The position numbers and the translations under genes are program-made. The notes beneath the pieces are model-generated. The model did no database searches. It saw only the letters and a program-made list of their open reading frames with translations, and was not told where the DNA came from. From contig CAWAEW010000031.1 in the NCBI GenBank assembly GCA_963781055.1, positions 16,366-48,365 on the forward strand: a DNA stretch of 32,000 nt. The letters run 5' to 3'. This document shows, piece by piece, positions 1 through 8,739 of this stretch. Each line of letters starts with the position of its first letter. Position 1 is the stretch's first letter. The DNA is from Terriglobia bacterium. Lineage in GTDB: Bacteria; Acidobacteriota; Terriglobia; Acidiferrales; UBA7541.

Positions 1-395
1 TTGATGGAGCGGGTGATCAGGCACGTCTTTTCCGCCTTTTCCAGCAAGCGGTTTGCGCGTTCACGATCTTTTTCCTGGGCAATTTTCAGGCGAGGATGCA
101 GATTCACCTGCGCGAATCGCCATCCTCCCTCCTCCTTGTTGAGAAGTCCGCGGACTTCCACATCAAGCGAGAGAAATTCAAACTTGGAGAAATGGGCCAT
201 CCCGGAAAAAGTGCTCACAAAGCAACCGGCCACCGATGCCAGGAACAAATGCTCGGGCGTCCACCGTCCTGCTTCTCCCTGAAACTCAGGCGGGGCGCTG
301 AAGGCAATGGGGGGCTGAATCCCGTCGGAAGTTACCACTCCGCTGCGAACATCAATGGATTCCGCCCTTACACGATATGTATATTCTTTTTCCAT
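1..395 (-). CDS. OsmC/Ohr family peroxiredoxin-like protein; C-terminus runs off the left window edge
   Basis: Not in the supplied ORF track. My reverse-strand translation from ATG 395-393 (GGAGGA at 405-400) gives MEKEYTYRVRAESIDVRSGVVTSDGIQPPIAFSAPPEFQGEAGRWTPEHLFLASVAGCFVSTFSGMAHFSKFEFLSLDVEVRGLLNKEEGGWRFAQVNLHPRLKIAQEKDRERANRLLEKAEKTCLITRSI..., open to base 1. The two Cys (SVAGCF, EKTCLI) sit where OsmC-family catalytic cysteines lie. Confidence 0.75.
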   Translation of the reverse strand, partial: MEKEYTYRVRAESIDVRSGVVTSDGIQPPIAFSAPPEFQGEAGRWTPEHLFLASVAGCFVSTFSGMAHFSKFEFLSLDVEVRGLLNKEEGGWRFAQVNLHPRLKIAQEKDRERANRLLEKAEKTCLITRSI

Positions 396-724
396 ATCGT
401 CCTCCTTTTCTCCATATCCCAGCTATCTCTATCACTCATATAGACAGATCACGGCGCAGGGAACAGTGATATTCATCACAGTAGGCATTGTTGTGAAATC
501 CCTCCGGGTGTGACCCGGGACACAGCAACTCTTCAATCGACTTTCGTAATTTCTCCGAAGATTCCTGCTCCCGCTTGGCCATCGCAACTTTTCTGTCCCG
601 GCAAGCAGCTTGGAATTCAGATCGCTCGCATCAGGTCATGATATTGTTTGCAGTGGGGGAAACAAAGTTCAGTTGCAGCAATTTGCCGGTGCTTGCCGTG
701 TGTGGATAGAAGAGCAAAATTGTA

Positions 725-3159
725 ATGACCAAGACGAGCGATCAACTGCCGGTGCCGCCCGAGGAACTCTACCGGCGCTGTGACATTGCAAAATTCCAAT
801 TCAAAAGCACCGCGGAACTCGAAGAATTGTCCGAATCCATTGGCCAGGACCGTGCTCTGGAGGCTGTTCGGTTCGGAGTCGGAATTCGCCGGCAGGGTTT
901 TAATCTTTTTTTGTTGGGACCCGCGGGAACGGGAAAGTATGCCCTTGCGCACGATTTCCTTTTAAAGCAAGCCGCCACGGAAACGACGCCTGAGGATTGG
1001 TGCTATATCAATAACTTTGACGGTCCGGAAAAGCCGCGCACTTTGCGGCTTCCCCCCGGACGCGGCGTTCTGCTGCGCGAAGATGTCACGCGCCTGCTTG
1101 AAAATCTCAAGTCGGCAATCCCCTCCGCCTTTGAAACCGAGAATTACAGGGCCCGGAAGCACGCCATCGAGCAGGAAGTAAAAGAGCGCCAGGAAAAGGT
1201 CTTCGAAGAACTTCAGCAAGAGGCCATCCAAAAAAGTATCGCGGTGATTCGCACCCCCACGGGCTTTGTGCTTGCTCCCACGCGAAACAACGAAGATCAT
1301 AAATCCCGAGGAATTCGAGAAACTCCCCGAATCGGAACATCGGAAAATAGAATCCTCCATTGCCGAGTTGCAGGAGAAGCTCCACGGCGCCTTGCAAGAG
1401 ATACCGAGGTATGAGCAGGAGGGCCGGGAGAAGTTGCGCGCGACTGAATAGCGAAGTCGCTATCTTCGCCGTGGGACATTTGATTGGCGAACAGCGAAAG
1501 AAATACGCCGATCTTCCGCAAGTGGTGGCCTTTTTCAATGCAGTGCAAAAGGACATCATTGAAAACGTGAACGAGTTCCTTGCCCCGCCGGAAAATCCTC
1601 TGGCGGCGATGATGGGCGTTTCCATGCCGCTGGGACCAAAGGACTCAGCACTGTTGCGGCGCTACCAGGTGAATGTGCTCGTCGATCACGGCGAAAATCA
1701 CGGTGCGCCTGTCGTGTATGAGGATCATCCGACCTACCAGAACCTGATCGGTCAAGTGGAATACATCGCCCAGATGGGCGCGCTTTCCACGGACTTCAAT
1801 CTGATCCGGTCGGGCGCCCTGCATCGGGCAAACGGCGGTTACTTGATTCTGGATGCCTATAAATTGCTTTTGCAGCCGTATGCCTGGGATGCGCTGAAGC
1901 GATCGTTGCGTTCTTCACAGATTCGGATTGAATCACTCGGGCAGATGCTGAGTCTGGTCAGCACGGTTTCCCTGGAACCCGAGCCGATTCCCTTGAACGT
2001 CAAGGTCGTTCTGGTTGGCGAGCGATTGATGTACTATCTGCTTTGTTCTTTCGATTCCGAATTCAGTGAACTCTTCAAGGTGGCCGCGGATTTCGAAGAG
2101 CACATGGATCGCGGCCCGGACACGGACCTCTTGTACGCACAGTTAATCGGCGCAATCGCGCGCCGGGAAGGACTCCTTCCCTTCGACCGCGGCGCCGTTG
2201 GGCGAGCGATCGAGCACAGCTCGCGCATGGCTGGAGATTCGCAAAAAGTCTTGACGCACCGCCGAACTCTTGCGGACTTGCTGCGCGAGGCGGATTACTG
2301 GGCCCGCCAGGCCGCTCAGCTCACGGTACGTGCGGAGGATATCCAACGCGCCATCGACGCTCAAATTCACCGCTCTGATCGCATGCGCGAGCGATTCCTG
2401 GAAGAAATTTTGCGCGGAACGCTCCTGATTGACACGCAGGGTGAAAAAATCGGCCAAGTGAATGGACTCTCCGTAATCGAGCTGGCTCACTTTGCCTTCG
2501 GGCACCCTACACGAATCACGGCGCGTGTCCGGATGGGAAAAGGGGAGGTTATCGATATTGAGCGCGAAGTGGAACTCAGCGGCCCCATCCATTCCAAGGG
2601 CGTGCTGATCCTGTCCGGCTTCCTGGGAGCGCGGTATGCCGCCGATCATCCGCTCTCGTTGTCCGCCAGCCTGGTTTTCGAACAGTCTTATGGCGCCGTG
2701 GAAGGGGACAGCGCCTCGTCGGCGGAACTGTACACGCTGCTTTCCGCCCTTGCCGGCGTGCCAATCAAGCAATCTTTCGCCGTCACCGGATCCGTTAATC
2801 AACACGGGCAGATTCAAGCAATCGGCGGGGTCAACGAGAAAATCGAAGGTTTCTTCGACCTGTGCAAGGCTCGAAATCTGGATGGGCAAGGCGTGATCAT
2901 TCCGGCTTCCAATGTTCGGCACCTTATGTTGAGGCAGGACGTCGTGGATGCTGTTCGCGCCGGGAAATTCACAATCCATGCGGTGGAAACCATCGACCAT
3001 GGAATCGAGATTCTGACTGGTGTGCCAGCGGGTGAACGCGACGCTTCCGGGAAGTTTCCGGACGGCAGCGTGAACCAAAAGGTGGAGGCGCGGCTTGTCG
3101 ATTTTGCCCAGAAAAGGCTGGCCGCCGTTCGCCGAACTCAAACAGAGGGCGAACTATGA
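725..3159 (+). pseudogene. Lon-related ATP-dependent serine protease (AAA+ N-domain, helical insert, C-terminal S16 Lon protease domain); frame broken twice as sequenced
   Basis: Three consecutive track ORFs (725..1414 frame 2, 1266..1451 frame 0, 1360..3159 frame 1) join into one protein: ...TGFVLAPTRNNE / IINPEEFEKLPESEHRKIESSIAELQEKLHGALQEIPRYEQEGREKLRA / LNSEVAIFAVGHLIGEQRKKY... Walker A is LLGPAGTGK. Lon catalytic Ser context is GDSASSAE and Lys context is GGVNEKIEGF. Shifts lie at ~1292-1296 and ~1440-1450. Confidence 0.85.
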
Positions 3160-4028
3160 GCGAGCCCAATCCCATGTTTGTGATTCGACGAATTCTTGTG
3201 GCCCTCGATACCTCTCCGCATAGTTTGGCGGCCCTGGACGCTGCCGTAAATTTGGCGGCGAAGATGAATGCCGAACTACTCGGACTCTTCGTCGAAGACA
3301 TTGCGCTCTTGCGTCTCGCCGATGTCCCTTGTGCCCGTGAAGTCCTCTATTTTTCGGCCGCGGAAGTTCCGCTGAGCCGGGCGAGCATGGAATCCAGTCT
3401 CAGAATCCAGTCCGAGCAGGCCCGAGAGGCGCTGGCGGCGGCAGCACAGCGCGCCCAAGTGGAATGGTCGTTTCGAACCGTGCGCGGCGATGTCTCATCG
3501 GAAGTTTTGGCTGCCGCGAGCGACGTTGATCTCCTGGCCATGGGCAAAGGCGGATGGTCCTTGGACCGGATGTTTCGAATGGGTTCCACTGCCCTGGAGC
3601 TTTCGGCAAGCTCGATCCCCGTTCTTCTGCTGCCAGAAAGCGGATTGCCCCCCAAAGCATCTTTGGTGGTTTATTACGATGGTTCGCAAGCTGCGAAACG
3701 TGGGTTGCTTGCCGCCCTACAGTTGGCAGACTCCGGCATGGACGGTATTACTGTCCTTCTTGACGCGGCAAACCGGGACGACGCGATACTGCTGCAGGAC
3801 GAAATCGATACCCTGACACGGGGCACAGCCAAGAAGTTTCGCTATCGTCAGATTGATCCGCACGACAAGGCGTCCCTGTTGCGGGCGCTTGAGGCCGAGA
3901 GGACAGGAGTTCTTGTGTTGGGAGGCCGGGAATTCCTCAAGAAACTTCCGCCATTGGATGTGCTTCTCCGCGAGACCGACATGTCCTTGCTGCTGCTCGG
4001 CAACGAACCAGGTGCAAAAATCGAGTAG
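3156..4028 (+). CDS. Universal stress protein family, tandem USP domains
   Basis: 290 aa. N-terminal IRRILVALDTSPHSLAALDAAVNLAAKMNAELLGLFV is a typical UspA-fold start, and a second USP-like half begins at SLVVYYDGSQAAKRGLLAALQLA. The ATG overlaps the Lon-like stop as ATGA (3156-3159). Confidence 0.85.
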   Translation: MSEPNPMFVIRRILVALDTSPHSLAALDAAVNLAAKMNAELLGLFVEDIALLRLADVPCAREVLYFSAAEVPLSRASMESSLRIQSEQAREALAAAAQRAQVEWSFRTVRGDVSSEVLAAASDVDLLAMGKGGWSLDRMFRMGSTALELSASSIPVLLLPESGLPPKASLVVYYDGSQAAKRGLLAALQLADSGMDGITVLLDAANRDDAILLQDEIDTLTRGTAKKFRYRQIDPHDKASLLRALEAERTGVLVLGGREFLKKLPPLDVLLRETDMSLLLLGNEPGAKIE

Positions 4029-4136
4029 AGCCAATAGGGAGTCTAAGATGAAATATCAAAATGGTGGCAAGCTCGGGTGACACCATGCGGCCCATGCCAT
4101 TGTGCAGTGCCAGAGCGCGGGCCCTGGCAATTGGTC

Positions 4137-4394
4137 CTATCCTCCCGTCTGAGCAATCCCCTCCGCGACGCGATCAGGAAAATACAGACAGACGGGATCT
4201 AAAGTCCAAATCACGCGGATCCCGGGGCGTTCCTCATGCTGAGGATTGTTGACCTCGTGGTCGTCCCGGCACTCGATGCACACAAGTGCCTGGCACAAGC
4301 TGCAGGTTTCGATGTGAGCGTCGCAGAAGTTCCGCGAGCACTCGGAGCATTCCCTCCGTCCCTCATGCGAACAGCCGGCAGTCGCGCATTTCAT
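4137..4394 (-). CDS. Small cysteine-rich (zinc-finger-like) hypothetical protein
   Basis: 85-aa ORF MKCATAGCSHEGRRECSECSRNFCDAHIETCSLCQALVCIECRDDH... has 9 Cys in the first 42 residues, including CxxC pairs. AAGGA lies ~7 nt upstream of the ATG. No family recognised. Confidence 0.45.
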   Translation of the reverse strand: MKCATAGCSHEGRRECSECSRNFCDAHIETCSLCQALVCIECRDDHEVNNPQHEERPGIRVIWTLDPVCLYFPDRVAEGIAQTGG

Positions 4395-4450
4395 AGATCA
4401 CATCCTTTGCCCGTGGCAAATACGCAGTTCATTGAAAAGCTCCTCTTAAT

Positions 4451-4939
4451 TCATGAAATTGCCGCCCGTCCGATTTCTAGTGCTGGAACTGTCCGATCAA
4501 CCTCGGCTTCGCCGAGGATATGGCCTTTCATGGCGCGCTCCAGTTGAGCTTTGCTGGCTCCTGCCTTGAGTTTAATCATGCGGTCCAGCGCGTAGAGTTT
4601 GAAGAAATAACGGTGCGGGTTGCCCTTGGGCGGGCACGGCCCATTGTAGCCAATCTTGCCGAAATCATTCCGGCCCTGGCGCGCTCCATCGGGAAGATGG
4701 GGATCCTTCGCGATACCCTCGCCTAGCTTGCAAGCGTCGCCGGGAAGATCATAGAGCACCCAATGGACCCACGTGCCTGCCGGGGCGTCAGGATCGTCCA
4801 GGATAAGAGCGAAGCTTTTCGTTCCGGCGGGCGATTCGGCCCACTCGAGCGCAGGTGAAATATCCGGCCCGTCGCACGTGAATTTCTTCGGAATGAAGCC
4901 GCCGTCTTGAAACGCCGTGGTACTCAGATGAAATGCCAT
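4451..4939 (-). CDS. YbhB/YbcL (PEBP, Raf-kinase-inhibitor-like) family protein
   Basis: The internal Met of track ORF 4451..5161 (ATG 4939, GGAGAAGG upstream) gives MAFHLSTTAFQDGGFIPKKFTCDGPDISPALEW...LDDPDAPAGTWVHWVLYDLP...GYNGPCPPKGNPHRYFFKLYALD, the PEBP signature. The last ~15 codons may be out of frame; an alternative stop is at 4476-4478 (see findings). Confidence 0.85.
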   Translation of the reverse strand: MAFHLSTTAFQDGGFIPKKFTCDGPDISPALEWAESPAGTKSFALILDDPDAPAGTWVHWVLYDLPGDACKLGEGIAKDPHLPDGARQGRNDFGKIGYNGPCPPKGNPHRYFFKLYALDRMIKLKAGASKAQLERAMKGHILGEAEVDRTVPALEIGRAAIS

Positions 4940-5034
4940 GGTTGCCCTTCTCCATGCCGCGTGGAAGCGCCTGGCCGAAAGAAAGCTGGACGCTGGCCGA
5001 CTTCTCAGCGATTGAAGATGACCGCAAGTTCGCT

Positions 5035-5493
5035 TCAGGCGTCCGCCGTCCATCCCCCTCGATCCGTCCCGATGGACTTGGAAATTTCCGCAAGGGTCTT
5101 GGCTACAATTCCATTGGGAGCGTGCAGCGCGACGTCGGCCTGCGCGACGATTCCGACACAATGCCCCTGATTGTCCACGACAGGGATCCTCCGGATCTGA
5201 TGGTGTTGCATCAGTGCTTCGCAGTCCTCCAGAGTGTTCTCGGGCGCGCAGGTCACGGGATTTCGCGTCATCACATCGGCAATCTTTGTCCGTTCAGCGA
5301 GTTTTGCCTCCGCAACGACGCTGCAGCACAGATCGCGGTCGGTCACGATCCCCTCGAGATTTGGGTTCAGAATGTCGGTCACGACGGGAAGGGCTCCCAC
5401 TCGATGCAGCTTCATGCTTCGAGCTGCTGCCTGCGCCGTGTCCGATGGGGTACAGAAAATCACTTTTGTCGACATTACATTTTTCACGAGCAT
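5035..5493 (-). CDS. CBS domain pair protein
   Basis: Start at ATG 5493, with AAGGAGGA 7 nt upstream. MLVKNVMSTKVIFCTPSDTAQAAARSMKLHRVGALPVV...IADVMTRNPVTCAPENTLEDCEALMQHHQIRRIPVVDNQGHCVGIVAQADV shows two CBS motifs. Confidence 0.85.
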   Translation of the reverse strand: MLVKNVMSTKVIFCTPSDTAQAAARSMKLHRVGALPVVTDILNPNLEGIVTDRDLCCSVVAEAKLAERTKIADVMTRNPVTCAPENTLEDCEALMQHHQIRRIPVVDNQGHCVGIVAQADVALHAPNGIVAKTLAEISKSIGTDRGGWTADA

Positions 5494-5737
5494 CTTGGTA
5501 TCCTCCTTGACAACGCTTCCGAATATGAGAGGCCAAACTATCCGGGTTTCGCTTCGTATGTATCTTATGGACCCTGCAGGAACTGCGCGCCGTGACACAC
5601 GTCACCGATATACGTTTTGCGCGTCACCGCCTGGCGGCCTCTTATTGCGACTTGTCTATAAGCGAGCATCGGCGGCTGATCGGATGGCTTGTCGTTCGGT
5701 GAAAAAAATGAAGTTGGCATGCGTCGCTCGATTGCAA

Positions 5738-7160
5738 TCAGCCTTTGACGCAGATTACGGGTACGAGGCGGGCGACTCGCCGCGCCAATTTTGCCTGCTC
5801 TGCGGCTATGGCAACAGCACTGACATCTTTGTAGGCGCCGGGCGCTTCTTCGGCAACACCGCGAAAAGACCGGGTGCGAATCAAGATGCCGCGTTCGCGA
5901 AGTTCTTCGATGAGTTGGCGACCCGTGCCAGCGCTTGGTCGCCTGGGTTCGGCTCATCGCCCGTCCGGCGCCATGGCAGGCCGAGGAAAACGCCAATTTT
6001 TCACTCTGCTTCGTGCCGGCGAGAATATAGGACTCGGTTCCCATCGTCCCGCCGATCAGCACCGGCTGTCCCACTGCTTGGAGCGGAGCCGGCAGGTCGG
6101 GATGCCCCGGGCCGAAGCTGCGAGTTGCGCCTTTGCGATGCACGAACAGCTCTCGAAGAGCGCCATCGACGGAATGCTGCTCAATTTTGCAGGTGTTATG
6201 AGAAACGTCGTACAGCAAAGTAAGTTTGGCGTCCGGCAAAATCTGGCTAAACGCGCCACGCACAAGATGAGTGATGATTTGCCGGTTTGCCAGGGCGCAA
6301 TTGGTGGCGGCACGCATCGCCCCCAGATAATTTTGCCCCAGTTGTGAATGAATCGGTGCGCAGGCGAGTTCACGGTCTGGAATGGGGTGATACCCCTGGA
6401 TTACCATGCTCTTCAGATAGTCCGTGCCGACCTGATGGCCGAGTCCCCGCGATCCGCAATGAATGCTCACGACGATATCGTTTTCGTGCAATCCCATGGC
6501 CTCGGCCGCCGCGGCGTCGAAAATTTGCGCGACCCGCTGGACTTCCAGATAGTGATTGCCTGAACCCAGCGTTCCCATCTCTTCGCTTTGACGCTTCTTG
6601 GCCTCGCGCGAAACGCACTCGGGCTTCGCGCCAATGGCCTGCCCGCGCTCTTCCGTGCGATCGAGATCCTGCGGGTTTCCGTATCCTTGTCCCACGGCCC
6701 ACTGCGCGCCGCCGCTAAGCATGTTGTCCATTTCGTGTTCGCTGAGCCGGATCGCGCCGGTGCTGCCAACCCCTGCGGGAACGCTTCTGAACAGCGCATC
6801 GGCAAGCTCGGTCTTTTCGGGCTCCAAGTCTTTCGCGGTGAGAGTGGTCTGAAGTGCGCGCACTCCGCAGGAAATATCAAATCCGACGCCTCCCGCGGAA
6901 ATCACCCCTCCCTCGTTCGGATCAAACGCCGCAACACCGCCGATTGGAAATCCGTAGCCCCAATGGGCGTCCGGCATCGCGTAGGCCGCGCGTTGAATTC
7001 CGGGCAACGTGGCGACATTAATCAGCTGCTCGCGAACCTTTTCGTCCATGTCCGTGATCAATTGCTTGTCCGCGTAAATGATTCCAGGCACGCGCATCTG
7101 ACCGGTGGGCTTGATCCACCATTCAAAATCCGAATAACACAGAAGCGATTGTGGGTCCAT
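5738..7160 (-). pseudogene. rtcB: RNA-splicing ligase RtcB (3'-phosphate/5'-hydroxyl RNA ligase); one +1 frameshift near the 3' end as sequenced
   Basis: Track ORF 5565..7226 carries MRVPGIIYADKQL...ATLPGIQRAAYAMPDAHWGYGFPIGGVAAFD...SSACHGAGRAMSRTQATKRWHG, then turns to Arg/Cys-rich nonsense. The next frame reads RQLIEELRERGILIRTRSFRGVAEEAPGAYKDVSAVVAIAAEQAKLARRVARLVPVICVKG*, the canonical RtcB C-terminus, with stop at 5738-5740. The shift is at the GGG run (plus-strand CCC 5922-5924). Start chosen at ATG 7160 (GGGAG 5 nt upstream); alternative is ATG 7187. Confidence 0.9.
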
Positions 7161-7179
7161 AAATACTCCCGCGCGCCAT

Positions 7180-7596
7180 TCAGACATCAATGACGCATTG
7201 CGCCAGCCATTGGCCGTCCGGGTCACAATGGACTTTCAGCGCCGTGACCGTCGCGCCTTTTGCTTCGACTGCAACTTGGTGGCGTTCAGGGTCCACTTTT
7301 TCTCCGGCGAGTGTGCCCGTCAGCGAGCAGCCATCCAAAACGATTCGGAACACGCCAAACAGCATCTTCCTGACCGCCATTTCGTAAATGATTGCGTTGA
7401 GCCAACTGACCAGTAAGAGTTCGATGTCCGGGGCATCGCACCGAACCTCGATCCTCTCTTGCGGCTCAATCGTGGATACGTCCGCTACGACGGCCGTGAG
7501 CGCAATGGCCGCTTGTTCGAACGCCTCTTCCACGGAGCTTCCGATCCCGCGAACGCCGATGTCCGAACCATGCGAAAAGTGTTCCCATCTTGCCAT
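7180..7596 (-). CDS. Archease (RtcB activator/chaperone)
   Basis: [37 protein letters not shown]...[16 protein letters not shown] matches the archease pattern (W-E-H-x-x-H-x-x-D-I-G-hR-G). It lies immediately upstream of rtcB on the same strand. The start is ambiguous (7596, 7602 or 7626). Confidence 0.85.
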   Translation of the reverse strand: MARWEHFSHGSDIGVRGIGSSVEEAFEQAAIALTAVVADVSTIEPQERIEVRCDAPDIELLLVSWLNAIIYEMAVRKMLFGVFRIVLDGCSLTGTLAGEKVDPERHQVAVEAKGATVTALKVHCDPDGQWLAQCVIDV

Positions 7597-7893
7597 ACGC
7601 ATTCCACGCCCGGAGACGAAGAACATCGTCCGGAGAAGCTCCTTTGCGGAGCGGCATCCTCCGCGTTCGCTTCATTCCAGTTATCGCAGCTTTAATTTCC
7701 CCTTGATGAACTTGTAGTCCAGTCGTCGATCTTGATGCTGTGATGGGTATCACTTCGCGGAGTGAGCTAGCTCATAGACATCTGAATGGAATAGGGATTA
7801 AAATATTTTTGGAAATGGAATTTGCGAGACTCATCGCCCGAAGTTTGCATTTGCCATGTGAGCCACAGGGTTGATGAGCGCAGGGAGGACGAT

Positions 7894-8259
7894 ATGAAAA
7901 ACCAAGCGGAAGTTCAAAATGCAAAAACGGAATGCGCGAGTCACGGATCAGGATTCGGCTTCTTGGTGGCCGGATTAGGGATCGGAGCGGCGCTCAGCGT
8001 GTTCCTGGCTCCGCAATCAGGGGAAGAAACGCGCAAATGGATCGCGACAAAGTGCCTGGATGGAGTCGATGCCGCCAATGCGAAGGTCCGACAGACGCGT
8101 CTTCGCGTGCATGAATTGGTGGATGAGGGTCAGCGGAAGGTTAGCGAGGCCGTAATGGCAGGGCGTGAAGCGTTTAACGCTGCAAATATGGAAGCGAAAA
8201 CGGCGCCAAGTCAGGTCGATAAATCGAGCCAGACACCCGGAGAAGGGAAACTTCAGTAG
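7894..8259 (+). CDS. YtxH domain-containing (general stress) protein
   Basis: ATG 7894 is preceded by GGGAGGA. The hydrophobic GFGFLVAGLGIGAALSVFLAPQSGEETRKWI segment is the YtxH signature, followed by a coiled, charged tail. Confidence 0.75.
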   Translation: MKNQAEVQNAKTECASHGSGFGFLVAGLGIGAALSVFLAPQSGEETRKWIATKCLDGVDAANAKVRQTRLRVHELVDEGQRKVSEAVMAGREAFNAANMEAKTAPSQVDKSSQTPGEGKLQ

Positions 8260-8318
8260 GTCCATAATAAGCGCCTAAGCGTCTAAAGCGGTTTCGGGTA
8301 GAAAAGAGGTTTCCTTCC

Positions 8319-8628
8319 ATGCCCAAAAGGAAAACAACGCGCAAGAAGAAAACCACGCATCGCAAGAAAGCTGCGCCGGAGAGACTCGCCCCGAAAGACT
8401 GGCGGGTCGTGGAGATCACGGCGGCCGAACCAGGCGGGTCTTGGGCCGGATGCAGCGGGGCAGTCAGGTGACATTGAAGGTTTGTCAACTGTTGCAACTG
8501 GGAATTCAGAGAGCGTGGCCGAACTGGTTGAAGAGGGGCAGGACTTGGAGGCTGAAAAGGTAAGTGGGGTCGAAAATGCCCCCGATCCGGATGAGGCGGA
8601 AGTCACGACACACCATTACCGGGAATAG
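8319..8628 (+). pseudogene. Small bipartite protein (Lys/Arg-rich N-terminus, acidic C-terminus), conserved hypothetical; +1 frameshift as sequenced
   Basis: ATG 8319 gives MPKRKTTRKKKTTHRKKAAPERLAPKDWRVVEITAAEPGG, then stops at 8469. The next frame continues LGPDAAGQSGDIEGLSTVATGNSESVAELVEEGQDLEAEKVSGVENAPDPDEAEVTTHHYRE* (stop 8626-8628) but has no start codon of its own. Removing one G from GGG 8436-8438 joins them. I recall the ESVEELxEEGQxxEAExVxGVE motif from hypothetical proteins of soil bacteria, but cannot verify it here. Confidence 0.45.
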
Positions 8629-8655
8629 GACACTTCATTAAATCCTATTCCCGGT
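8618..8655 (+). terminator. Perfect 13-bp stem hairpin spanning the stop codon of the small basic/acidic gene
   Basis: ACCGGGAATAGGA (8618-8630), a 12-nt loop, then TCCTATTCCCGGT (8643-8655). No immediate U-tract, so a terminator function is tentative. Confidence 0.35.
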
Positions 8656-8739
8656 CCGCCTGCGTGCCTTCAGTTTATTGAGAGGGTTTGGATGCCAAGA
8701 CGAGTAGGCTCGCTTGGCAGGCGGTGAGAATTGCCCGCA

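Noticed and set aside
436-582. 48-aa minus-strand ORF (MAKREQESSEKLRKSIEELLCPGSHPEGFHNNAYCDEYHCSLRRDLSI) just upstream of the OsmC-like gene.
   Set aside because: It has no clear SD sequence, no recognisable family and is short. It could be real, but the sequence alone does not support it.
617-952. 111-aa minus-strand ORF overlapping the Lon-like gene start.
   Set aside because: It overlaps a well-supported gene on the opposite strand, and its translation has no recognisable features.
2143-3141. Long ORFs antisense to or overlapping confidently assigned genes: 2143..3141(-), 9402..10316(+), 13103..13744(+), 15977..16801(+), 17136..17855(+), 18385..19269(+), 20098..21114(+), 20462..21166(-), 21706..23013(+), 23191..23994(+), 24853..25899(+), 26591..27349(+), 27453..28224(+), 28359..29014(-), 30666..31733(-) and many shorter ones.
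   Set aside because: Their translations are Arg/Pro/Gly/Ala-rich and low-complexity with no recognisable motifs. Each lies opposite a gene with strong family signatures. These are typical shadow ORFs of high-GC DNA.
5591-5629. GTGAC-N4-GTCAC inverted repeat and two copies of CGTCACCG, 22 nt apart start to start, in the rtcB-CBS intergenic region; a possible operator.
   Set aside because: The motifs are short and GC-rich, and could easily arise by chance. There is no adjacent regulator gene to link them to.
5565-5737. The 3' extension of the rtcB track ORF (…SPTHRRTSRTRHLDSHPVFSRCCRRS… to 5565).
   Set aside because: This is out-of-frame read-through after the frameshift at 5922-5924. The neighbouring frame encodes the canonical RtcB C-terminus and stops at 5738.
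7810-7826. Sigma-54-like element TGGAAATGGAATTTGC upstream of the YtxH gene.
   Set aside because: The GG-to-GC spacing is 11 nt instead of the strict 10, and the -24 region is a poor match (TGGAAA versus TGGCAC).
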